This document shows, piece by piece, positions 27,818 to 36,059 of a DNA stretch of 41,199 nt. Position 1 is the first letter of the stretch, and every line of letters starts with the position of its first letter. Under the pieces are notes generated by a model. It saw only the letters and a program-made list of their open reading frames with translations. It did no database searches and was not told the origin of the DNA. A program made the position numbers and the translations under genes. Origin of the DNA: a virus (Duplodnaviria > Caudoviricetes); the IMG/VR virus record IMGVR_UViG_3300031949_000086, positions 1 through 41,199 of that record; one strand, 5' to 3'.

Positions 27818-27956
27818 ATTTCCTGTTCTTTCCCGGTACTGTTTATATACTTATTCTCTCGACTCAAAAAAGGGCCGGTGCGATAAAATGACGCAACAGG
27901 TGCAACTGCCGCATCAGGCGGCCGTTTCGGTACTCGCCGCCCGCATCGGCTCATCT

Positions 27957-29285
27957 CTATTTCCTGATTAGTTTTGCCTTTTTGCCCGACCACTGCTCCC
28001 AGCGTTTCACCGCCACGTCGCAGAAGACCGGCTCAATCTCCATCGCGAAGCACCGTCTGTCGAGTTTCTCATCCGCTATAACTTGAGAGCCGGACCCGCA
28101 AAACGGCTCATAGCAAATATCGCCGACCCTCGTATGGGCCCGCATCGGGATTGCGAACACCTCGACCGGTTTGACCGTTGGATGTTCGCGTCCTGAGTTC
28201 CTTTTTTTGCCTTCCCAGTCCAGCTCCCAGACGTCTGTATAATATTCTGGCTGTGTCGGGTCGCCTTCTCTCTGGTATCCAGCGTACCAGACACTTCCAA
28301 TTGCCATGTTTCTCGGCCGGAGTTTCGGCTTATTGCCCTTCAGCCACATAAGCAGGCACGGCTCATGCTGCCACGCGTAATATGAAAACGTAATGACCGC
28401 ACAGGGCTTGACCCAGATAATCTGCTGGTGGATGAGGATTCCCATCTCATTACAGACCTCCTCGATGAGGCACCTGCGGCTTGATGCATGCCATAAATAC
28501 AGGGCCGTCTTTTTCTGAATGAAAAACAGCCCGACCGTATAGAACGCCTTCATAAACTCTTTTGCGTTTTTTATATCGATTTCGCGGTATGTGTCCGACC
28601 AGTCCCTGCCCTGTTTTTTGGTTGGCCTGTTGGCCCCCGTATAATCGACGCAGTACGGCGGGTCTGTGGAGAACAGGTCCGCCTTATTTCTTCCCATCAG
28701 GTATTTGACGTCTTTTTCGTTCGTGCTGTCCCCGCACAGCAGGCGGTGTTTGTCCAGAATCCAGAGGTCGCCCGTCCTTGTTCTTGTTTTCCGTGATGGC
28801 TTTGGTATTTCATCATCACAGGTCAGTCCCTGTTTTTCACCGGCGCCGACCGAACTGTGGAGTTCATCGATTCGCAGGGCAAGGTAATTCTTGTCGTTTC
28901 CGATTTCAGCACGGAGCCTGTCAATATAGTCTCCAAGTCTTTTTACGAATTTACCCTGACAGTAGGGGTTATTAAGTGTGATATTCAGCAATTTCTCATC
29001 GGCCTTGTTCAAATCAACCGTGATGCAGACGGCCTCCTTGACTCCTGATGCCTGCATGACCTTGAAACGCTGGTTTCCGCCGACAATAATGTTCGTCCCG
29101 TCCCGGGTATTGACGATAACCGGCTCGACACACCCGAATTTCTTTATCGATTCCGCCAGCCCCGCAAAGGCATCACTGTTGATTGTCCGCGGGTTATACC
29201 CCGCCGGCCTCAGCTCTGAAAGCTTGAACCGTTTTATTTGCGGCTTCGCCATTGCCCGTTTGCCTGTTTTCCCGTTCTTTTTCAC
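27957..29285 (-). CDS. ParB-like N-domain plus N6A/N4C DNA methyltransferase (beta class)
   Basis: YNPR, GGNQR; HRLLCGDST, TDPPY, HPTVKPV, EPFCGSGS. Confidence 0.92.
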   Translation of the reverse strand: MKKNGKTGKRAMAKPQIKRFKLSELRPAGYNPRTINSDAFAGLAESIKKFGCVEPVIVNTRDGTNIIVGGNQRFKVMQASGVKEAVCITVDLNKADEKLLNITLNNPYCQGKFVKRLGDYIDRLRAEIGNDKNYLALRIDELHSSVGAGEKQGLTCDDEIPKPSRKTRTRTGDLWILDKHRLLCGDSTNEKDVKYLMGRNKADLFSTDPPYCVDYTGANRPTKKQGRDWSDTYREIDIKNAKEFMKAFYTVGLFFIQKKTALYLWHASSRRCLIEEVCNEMGILIHQQIIWVKPCAVITFSYYAWQHEPCLLMWLKGNKPKLRPRNMAIGSVWYAGYQREGDPTQPEYYTDVWELDWEGKKRNSGREHPTVKPVEVFAIPMRAHTRVGDICYEPFCGSGSQVIADEKLDRRCFAMEIEPVFCDVAVKRWEQWSGKKAKLIRK

Positions 29286-29495
29286 AAAAATACCCCTTTA
29301 TTGCCCCTGTTTTGCAATCAGGATGCCTTTGGGAAAGCTTTCCCCTGATTTCCGGCCATTTATACCCCCGGAATCATCCTGTCCCAGCATACGCGTTTTC
29401 CGCAAAAAAGGCGGGACGGTCCCGTTCCCGAACGGGTCGTTGTCACTATCACGCATACAGTTCCGCCGCCTTATTTTTTAAAACCGATTAACCAA

Positions 29496-29671
29496 TGCCG
29501 AAGGAATCGGTGCCGAATAAATCGGTGCCGAATAAATCGGCGCCGAAGGGTCGGTGCCGAAGGGTCGGCATCCCGTTCCTTCGGGACATCCCGTTCCTTC
29601 GGGACATCCCGCCACTGCGGGATTCACTAATGCCGAAGGAATCGGCATCCCGCCACTGCGGGATTCACTAA
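29496..29671. repeat. tandem array of 10 mini-hairpin units of five types
   Basis: TGCCGAAGGAATCGG x2, TGCCGAATAAATCGG x2, YGCCGAAGGGTCGG x2, CATCCCGTTCCTTCGGGA x2, CATCCCGCCACTGCGGGATTCACTAA x2. Confidence 0.92.
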
Positions 29672-29890
29672 TTCACTTTTCTCAACTTCCACTCTTTTAA
29701 TTTCCTCAATTGCGTAGCTGCCGCACTTGGGGCATCTCGCCGGCTTCGTGTCGCCGTATCCCTCGCCGCAGTCGTGACAACTATATTCGACAAACACGCC
29801 TTCTGTCAGCGCTTTGATCTGCGCTTCGATATCAGGAATCGCAGGCAAGGTAATTGCCCGCTGCCCCGGGCCTGCCCGTCTTCGCTGCAC
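29627..29890 (-). CDS. small zinc-ribbon protein
   Basis: YSCHDCG...RCPKCGS; the C-terminus runs into the hairpin array. Confidence 0.65.
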   Translation of the reverse strand: MQRRRAGPGQRAITLPAIPDIEAQIKALTEGVFVEYSCHDCGEGYGDTKPARCPKCGSYAIEEIKRVEVEKSELVNPAVAGCRFLRH

Positions 29891-30360
29891 TACGCCGAGG
29901 CCTGCGGAAAATTTCGGCGGGGCAGCCCTCTTTTCTCAAGCATAGCATCGACGGCCCTGGCCGCCTCGACCTCATCTATAAAACCGCCCGCCGATATATT
30001 CTTCCCGCCTATCCAAATAGCCGTCTTCCATTTTTTTGTCGGTGACTTCTTGTTAAAGCTGACGCCGAAATATTGCGATGACTTGCGCTTTCTGACTTTT
30101 GTGGCACGGGCATCTTGCCCGTGAACCATTTTCTGTTCCTTCGGGACCCCTTCGGGACTTCCAGCCCGTGAATCATCTTTTGTTTTCACTATCTTCGGCA
30201 TGTCGATTATTGCAAAGCCGGGGACGGTAGAGCCGATAATCTCGGCGGTCACCGTCTCTGCCGTTTCGAGGTTTTTGAGGATGACTGCTCGAATCAGTTT
30301 CTCGATCTTGTATATGCCGGTTCCGTTTGTCAAAAATACTGGTTTTTTGCCATTGTTCAT
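29890..30360 (-). CDS. AP2-domain DNA-binding protein
   Basis: SSQYFGVSFNKK...WKTAI...GGFIDEVEAARAVD...NFP. Confidence 0.85.
   Translation of the reverse strand: MNNGKKPVFLTNGTGIYKIEKLIRAVILKNLETAETVTAEIIGSTVPGFAIIDMPKIVKTKDDSRAGSPEGVPKEQKMVHGQDARATKVRKRKSSQYFGVSFNKKSPTKKWKTAIWIGGKNISAGGFIDEVEAARAVDAMLEKRGLPRRNFPQASA
30101..30171 (+). repeat. two REP-like palindromes plus mini-hairpin inside the AP2 CDS
   Basis: GTGGCACGGGCATCTTGCCCGTG; TTCCTTCGGGACCCCTTCGGGACTTCCAGCCCGTG. Confidence 0.75.
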
Positions 30361-30432
30361 TTTCAGACTCCTTTCTTGTCCCCGCTGCTTCGTTTTTTGC
30401 GAAGCAAAACGGTGGGTTTTATTCCTGATTGG

Positions 30433-32016
30433 TTATTTTTTAACTTTTCCCTTTCGCGGTTCTTCTTTTTTCTCTGCGGCATCCGCGGTTTCCGCGGTTA
30501 AAATTGCCTTGTATCTCTCATCGAGGTCCACGCCGAACAAAGAGGCGATGGTTTTATCAAATTTGACCGATTCCTCGTCCCCGCTAAAATCCACGTTGCC
30601 GGAGAACCGCAGATTGCATCTTATAGCTTCCCATAGATGCTTTGCGAGCTGGTCGCACGCCTTCGTGCTGTTTTCCCTGAACTCGCCAAGCGCCTCCTCT
30701 ATAAAATCGGGGGACATGCGGTCGCGAATAGTCAGGTCACATTCACAGCCGGCGGCAAGGGCGACAACTGCAAAAAACGGGCTTGCATGTCTTATATCAG
30801 TGACGGGTCTTTTCACCAGCTCCTCATAAAATTCCTTGTGCACCTTTTGCCAGCGTGTCTCTTCCTGCTCCGCCGCGATCTGCTTCGCCGTCTTCGGCTT
30901 GTCCGTGTCGCGGGCATCCTGCCCGCGGTCACTCTTTTTTACCTTCACATAAACGATTTTTCCCTTGCCGGGTCCTGAAACGATAAGAGCGGGTACCGCC
31001 TTTTTGTCTGTCTTTTTTGCTGGTGTCACTTCGTATCGGGACAATATCTGCCCGTAAATCCGCTTTATTTGTCTCGCATCATCGCCCCACAGCTGGTGTT
31101 CTGCAATGCATACAAGGCCGGGACGCTCTTTCTTGAGCTCCTCGAACTTTTCTCTTGCCGCGGCGACCTCTTTTTTCTGCCAGCATTTCCTGTCTAAGCA
31201 TTTGTTTTTATCGCCGGTGACCTCTTCGGCTTTTTGCGACCACAGCAGCGGCTGACAACCGCTTCGTTTTATGCACTTTTGGCATTTGGCTGTATCGAAA
31301 GGCGCCTTTTTCAAAAGCAAAAAATAATTAGCCAGTAAATCCTCCAGTTCTTTTACTGTTCGGCGGCCGCTGCCCTGCAGCGACTTCGTGATGTCTTTGT
31401 CCTGGACATTTTGCGGAAACCGAGCGATTAGTCCGAGGTGCGCCGCGGTGAAACAGCAGTTGGGGTCTTTGCTCACTATTTTTTTCCACGCCGCAGACAA
31501 TTTCGTATGTATCGCCTCCCGCAGCCGCACCCACTGCTGCGATTTTCCAAGTTTCGATGCGACGGCGGCGACATCGTCTTTATATTTGGCAAGCAGCGTA
31601 GCGACTGCATTGCCTTGTTCGAGGATTGTCAAATCTTCCCGGGCGAAGTTTTCGGCGAACGTCACCTCGAACGCCGCCTCATCGCTTAATTCACCGTGGT
31701 CAATGGCGGGTATGGTGTCGAGTTTCGCCTCCGCCGCCGCCAGCAGTCTCCTTTCGCCGGCGAGTAATTCGTATGTCGCAGGTCTTATATCGTCTGTCGT
31801 CTGTCCCGAAGTTTCGGGATGCCGATTTATTCGGCACCGATTCCTTCGGCATCCTCCGTATTCTGTCGTCCGTTCTCTCACGTGGATCGGCACCTTGACA
31901 CCGAGTGATTTGATGCTCTCGACCAGCTCGATAAATCCTTCGCTCTTTTTGCTGATGATTCTCGGATTGTCCCCGCTGACCCTGATTTGTTTGATTTCGA
32001 TTTCGCACAGCTTCAT
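30433..32016 (-). CDS. ParB/RepB/Spo0J-family protein
   Basis: DNPR, YELLAGERR, ENFAREDL, HTH VASKLGKSQQWV, C-x2-C...C..KCW. Confidence 0.9.
   Translation of the reverse strand: MKLCEIEIKQIRVSGDNPRIISKKSEGFIELVESIKSLGVKVPIHVRERTTEYGGCRRNRCRINRHPETSGQTTDDIRPATYELLAGERRLLAAAEAKLDTIPAIDHGELSDEAAFEVTFAENFAREDLTILEQGNAVATLLAKYKDDVAAVASKLGKSQQWVRLREAIHTKLSAAWKKIVSKDPNCCFTAAHLGLIARFPQNVQDKDITKSLQGSGRRTVKELEDLLANYFLLLKKAPFDTAKCQKCIKRSGCQPLLWSQKAEEVTGDKNKCLDRKCWQKKEVAAAREKFEELKKERPGLVCIAEHQLWGDDARQIKRIYGQILSRYEVTPAKKTDKKAVPALIVSGPGKGKIVYVKVKKSDRGQDARDTDKPKTAKQIAAEQEETRWQKVHKEFYEELVKRPVTDIRHASPFFAVVALAAGCECDLTIRDRMSPDFIEEALGEFRENSTKACDQLAKHLWEAIRCNLRFSGNVDFSGDEESVKFDKTIASLFGVDLDERYKAILTAETADAAEKKEEPRKGKVKK
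30905..30926 (+). repeat. REP-like palindrome inside the ParB CDS
   Basis: GTGTCGCGGGCATCCTGCCCGC, encodes RGQDARDT. Confidence 0.8.
31768..31875. repeat. 7-mer repeat tract interrupted by three mini-hairpins, in frame in the ParB domain
   Basis: TCGTCTG-type 7-mers around GTCCCGAAGTTTCGGGA TGCCGATTTATTCGGCA CCGATTCCTTCGGCA. Confidence 0.8.
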
Positions 32017-32052
32017 AAATTCTCCTTTCACCTGTTACATTGATAATTGATA

Positions 32053-32100
32053 ATCCCGAATAAATCGGCATCCCGAACCTTCGGCGCCGTTCCTTCGGCA
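32053..32100. repeat. mini-hairpin triplet (intergenic)
   Basis: ATCCCGAATAAATCGGCA TCCCGAACCTTCGG CGCCGTTCCTTCGGCA. Confidence 0.8.
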
Positions 32101-32109
32101 TTGATTCTC

Positions 32110-33006
32110 TCAAATTTCGAGTCTCAAATTACCGTCAAACATCGTCTTCTGATTTACCAGCAGCACCTCTACCACCTGCTTGCCCTTATTCTCCTTGTCT
32201 CTGCGGTTTTGGTTGCCCAGCGATTTTGTGATAGTAATTTTCACCGGCGGCCATCCCGGGTATAATTCCCTGAGCTGCTCATCATCGTAATAGCTGACAA
32301 CGATGCGGGCTTTTCTGAATCTTTTCAGCGCTTCCGCAAGGCGCAGGTGATCAGCTGCCTCGAAGTCGTGGATATATTTTGCGCCTTTTTTCAGATACGG
32401 CGGGTCGATATAAATCGCCGTCCCCTGCGAATCATCTATTCGCTCCAAGAGCTCGAACGCGTCCCGATGCAAAATCGTCACGGCGGCCAGCCGTCTCCGC
32501 CAGGCAGGTATGGATGCGATAACCGATTGCCATCGCTTCGCTGCGTGCCCACCGTTGGCTGTATATCGCACGCAGTATCCCTGATTATAGCTTTGCGTAC
32601 CGGCACAGCCGTTGCGGCCTATCCATGAACATATAAAGTAATCATAAGCCCTCGGCAGGTCGTAATCCGGCGCCGGCGGCAGCGAGAAGTATCCCCTGTC
32701 TTTGTATCGCGCTGCTGCCTCCTTGAATAGCTGCTCGTGCATTAAAGTCCTTCTTAGCTGCCTATAGAGCTGCGGGCCGAGCTGCGTATCTTTAATAACT
32801 CTGGCGAGGTTTATCAAATCTGCGTGCAAATCATTGACCGTCTCCATCGTGCAAGGCGGCTTTGCCATAAGGACTGCCATAGAGCCGCAAAACGGCTCCC
32901 AATAGACGCGGTGAGGACCGAGCAGCTCGACAATTCGCTGTGCAAGGTTTCTTTTCCCGCCGAACCAGGGAGCTATCGCCTTAATTCTCGTCGCTGATTC
33001 AGTCAT
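32110..33006 (-). CDS. DNA adenine methyltransferase, Dam/D12 class
   Basis: PWFGGK, EPFCGS, VND, YIDPPY. Confidence 0.92.
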   Translation of the reverse strand: MTESATRIKAIAPWFGGKRNLAQRIVELLGPHRVYWEPFCGSMAVLMAKPPCTMETVNDLHADLINLARVIKDTQLGPQLYRQLRRTLMHEQLFKEAAARYKDRGYFSLPPAPDYDLPRAYDYFICSWIGRNGCAGTQSYNQGYCVRYTANGGHAAKRWQSVIASIPAWRRRLAAVTILHRDAFELLERIDDSQGTAIYIDPPYLKKGAKYIHDFEAADHLRLAEALKRFRKARIVVSYYDDEQLRELYPGWPPVKITITKSLGNQNRRDKENKGKQVVEVLLVNQKTMFDGNLRLEI

Positions 33007-33739
33007 TGCTTCCCTCGATATACAGCGCACCGTCTCGCCGCCGAACTCCCTTAATAATCCCCTTGTTCAGGTATTTGGCGATACATGCCTTTGCGCACGC
33101 CGGGTTGCTCCAGTGCAAGCTGCCTACCGCCTCGATGACCTCTTTGATAGTTTTGCCCGGGTGCTTTTTGATATAATTTTTGATTTCTTCCACCGACTCT
33201 TTGAATGCTGTAAGATAGCCGCCGCCGGCGCTGCCCGCTTTGCAAAAATCTTTATGCCGATCAGACAGGGCGTTTTTTATATTGCAGCTTTTTCCTGTTC
33301 GAATCTTTCTCGGCGCATATCGAGTATTAACGTACATATCCGAGCCAGACATCTCGACGTACCAGTCATCTCGCAATTGGACCTCGATAAGGCCGATGCC
33401 GGAGGCGTAGTGGAAATTATCTATCACGGCATTTTTACGGCATTTCTTCGTCATCAAAACCGCTATCGAAACGAAATTTGTGCTGTGACGCCGCCGCCAG
33501 AGATATGCCTGCTCCATCACTTGCAGGTTGTAGATGAGCTTGGTCTCGATTATCCATGATAAGCCGTTTTTGACAGCGACAATGTCAGCTCTCGGCCCTG
33601 CGTAGCCGCTGCTTACCTCCTGATAGACTGTCCATCCCCCTTTTTTGAGCCAGTCAACAACAGCCGCGGCAAGGTCCGTTTCGGAAATCTTCCGCAACTG
33701 TTGCTGCTGTGGTTTTTTCTTTTTTCTGATTATTGCCAT
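32999..33739 (-). CDS. PD-(D/E)xK nuclease-fold protein
   Basis: E...YQEV...RADIVAV...IIETK...EQA. Confidence 0.7.
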   Translation of the reverse strand: MAIIRKKKKPQQQQLRKISETDLAAAVVDWLKKGGWTVYQEVSSGYAGPRADIVAVKNGLSWIIETKLIYNLQVMEQAYLWRRRHSTNFVSIAVLMTKKCRKNAVIDNFHYASGIGLIEVQLRDDWYVEMSGSDMYVNTRYAPRKIRTGKSCNIKNALSDRHKDFCKAGSAGGGYLTAFKESVEEIKNYIKKHPGKTIKEVIEAVGSLHWSNPACAKACIAKYLNKGIIKGVRRRDGALYIEGSND

Positions 33740-33749
33740 TTTTTATTGA

Positions 33750-34514
33750 TTATTGGATATTGATTATTTTTTGAACGCTGTCCTTCCACCGCACAAGCGG
33801 CTTGTCGTAAAGAAGCCGGTAAATCCCTCTGACCACGTCGTCCCCCTGTGCCGCCCTGCACGGCCTGACGAACCGCTCGAGCTGCTCCGTTGTCACCCCC
33901 GACAGGTCAACCCGCCTGTCGAAGTCCCGCAGTTTGCCTATCCAGAACGAATCGGTTATATAAGGCTTGCACGCAATATACGTATAGACGATGTACGGAT
34001 CGAGATATGGTTCGCAGCTCACGGATGTCTCGAACCCTGTATTGAAGGCGTATTTGAGAGATTCAAACCGTTCTGCGAAGTCCGGCGCACCCGGCTCCCA
34101 GAATTTCAGGATGGCGCTGTCGGCAGAGCCGATGGTGAACCGGAAAAGGATCTGGCCTTTATAATATCCCAGCTCCCCGCAGATTTTTTCTATACACGAC
34201 AGATGCGGCTTACTGACGATGAGGACGCAATTGCCCGCCCAAACCAGTTTCAGCAGCGTTTCGATGCAGTAATTGATATTCGCAGGCGTAATGTCGTGAC
34301 TCGACGGGAACATCACGGTGCCCTGCCGCCTGTTATAGTTTTTCGCCGCCGCATCAGCATTGATTCGCGGCTTCGCCCACTCTTCCGCCGTGCATCGGTG
34401 GAACCTCTCGACCGCTAAGTGCCGGGCGTAGCAGTAGCGGCAGTTATGCGTACATCCCAATTGAATATTTACGCTGCTCTCGCTCCATTCTCGCGCACCC
34501 GTTTGACGTTTCAT
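33750..34514 (-). CDS. radical SAM protein (phage gp37/gp68 / SPL-like)
   Basis: GCTHNCRYCYA (CxxxCxxC), WEPGAP...R, VSCEP. Confidence 0.88.
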   Translation of the reverse strand: MKRQTGAREWSESSVNIQLGCTHNCRYCYARHLAVERFHRCTAEEWAKPRINADAAAKNYNRRQGTVMFPSSHDITPANINYCIETLLKLVWAGNCVLIVSKPHLSCIEKICGELGYYKGQILFRFTIGSADSAILKFWEPGAPDFAERFESLKYAFNTGFETSVSCEPYLDPYIVYTYIACKPYITDSFWIGKLRDFDRRVDLSGVTTEQLERFVRPCRAAQGDDVVRGIYRLLYDKPLVRWKDSVQKIINIQ

Positions 34515-35114
34515 TTATGACCTCCCAATCTGTTTCTCTTAATTAGCGAAACTGTGCTTCTATCAACGTGAAATTTTGCTGCTATCTCCTTTTGGGTTAA
34601 TCCCTCTTTTAAAAATTGCCTTATCCGGGCCACATCGGATTCCGCAAGTTTTCCCCTGCCTTTTCGGCTATGTCCGTGAAGATAGTCCCGTTTGCGCCCT
34701 GATGAATCGTATTTTTGAAATTGTTCACCACAGCCACATTCACATTCAATATAAGGATTTCCTTCCCCTGGCAACCGCCGATTAGAACTGTCTTTTCTGT
34801 GTTTAATTTTATGATATGAAATTGATTCGGCAACTTCCAGATTGTCCGGATGATTATTAGTTTTAACACCATCTTTGTGATGGACGATTTCGCCCGGCAA
34901 TAACGGCCGACCCAGCTTTTGCTCGGCAACCATCCTGTGCTCATAAACATACCCCCCTCGAATCAGCTAAGTGATGAGTTGGTATTTTAATCAGCACGTA
35001 ACCGTTGGATGCGAGAACTTTCGTCGCCGCCCATTCTTTCGTCCCGCCCATCCCGAAGGAACGGGATGCCTGAAACTTCGGCATCGGATGGGCGGGATTC
35101 GTCCCTGTCTTCAT
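34511..35114 (-). pseudogene. HNH endonuclease with C-terminal HTH, frameshifted at a G6 run
   Basis: 5' frame ...GYVLIKIPTHHLADSRG joins 3' frame YVYEHRMVAEQKLGR...VHHKDGVKTNNHPDNL only if one G of 34952-34957 is removed. Confidence 0.8.
35043..35096. repeat. 54-bp nested hairpin element, copy B
   Basis: Identical to 26097-26150; TTCGTCCC direct repeats at 35038-35045 and 35098-35105. Confidence 0.92.
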
Positions 35115-35223
35115 CTCATTTCTTCCCTTGATTTATGTCATTGAGTGTTGGATATTGAATATTGGATATTTACTTTTTACTTTCTTCTTGCCTTTTTCCA
35201 CACAAACAGCGCCGCGATCGCTT

Positions 35224-35697
35224 CTATTCCACAGCAACCGCAGACCGGAAAGGGGGCAGGGTCGCCGCCGGTTCGACCTTGAACGCTACTGCGCTCTTTC
35301 TGCCTTCCGCCGGCAGCACACAGCGGTAATTCGGGTCGATGCAGTCCATTTTGAATTTCAGATAGAATATCCCCGGCGCCGTCGGCGTAAAATCGGCGCA
35401 AAGCACGTTGCCTGCGTAATATGTCTCGGTATTGTCACCCGACACGAGCTCGATTCTGATTTTGTCGGGCGGCAGCCAATGCCCGTTCGGATCGGCGGGC
35501 CATATCCGGTATCTGACAATGTCCCCGGCGCAGATTCCTTCCCTGCTGCAGCCGGCATCGAGGACGTAGCCCGCGTACTGGTTCGGGTCCGCCCACTCTG
35601 GTATGTTCGGCTCTGCTCCTTCGGCGTCCCGCGAGATCAAAATTGCCAGCGCAAGGATTGCCTTGATTAGCCATACTGCTTTTTCTGTCCTTTTCAT
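35224..35697 (-). CDS. secreted protein, Ig-like, with three DPN motifs
   Basis: Signal peptide; ADPNQ, ADPNG, IDPNY; AAGGAG RBS. Confidence 0.75.
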   Translation of the reverse strand: MKRTEKAVWLIKAILALAILISRDAEGAEPNIPEWADPNQYAGYVLDAGCSREGICAGDIVRYRIWPADPNGHWLPPDKIRIELVSGDNTETYYAGNVLCADFTPTAPGIFYLKFKMDCIDPNYRCVLPAEGRKSAVAFKVEPAATLPPFRSAVAVE

Positions 35698-35749
35698 AAA
35701 ATTCTCCTTTATTTTTTATTTTTTACTTTTGCCTTTTTACGTTTTATCA

Positions 35750-35833
35750 TCATCGACTATTCACCAGTATCATCCACCACGCCGGCAGCAGCAGAATCAG
35801 GATCACGTAAATGACGCAGCTTATTGTCTTCAT
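35750..35833 (-). CDS. 27-aa hydrophobic peptide
   Basis: MKTISCVIYVILILLLPAWWMILVNSR, GAAAGGCAGGTG upstream. Confidence 0.5.
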   Translation of the reverse strand: MKTISCVIYVILILLLPAWWMILVNSR

Positions 35834-36059
35834 TTTTCACCTGCCTTTCATCTAAACACTAAACACTTAAAACCAACACCGTCCCCGTGACACCGTCCAA
35901 ATCCCGCATCCAAACTGACCAGCCAAAAAAGGCCCGCTGGACGGACACGCCTTTCCCTCGCAAAAATTCACTTTTTGCGCGCCCTCTGCCCACTCCTTTT
36001 TCTAGCAAGTTCCAGGAAGGACCCAATGCGCGCGCTGCTCTTTTTGACCGTTCATAAGT

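Noticed and set aside
27866-27951. Hammerhead ribozyme (GAAA and CTGATG on the minus strand)
   Set aside because: The core reads CUGAUGC rather than CUGAUGA, and only 7 nt separate the motifs, too few for stems I and III
29496-29671. CRISPR array
   Set aside because: Units are 14-26 bp, adjacent, with no unique 25-45 bp spacers, and there are no cas genes
4349-35670. Numerous plus-strand ORFs of 60-270 aa within the late and modification regions
   Set aside because: Antisense shadows of well-supported minus-strand genes in GC-rich DNA; no motifs
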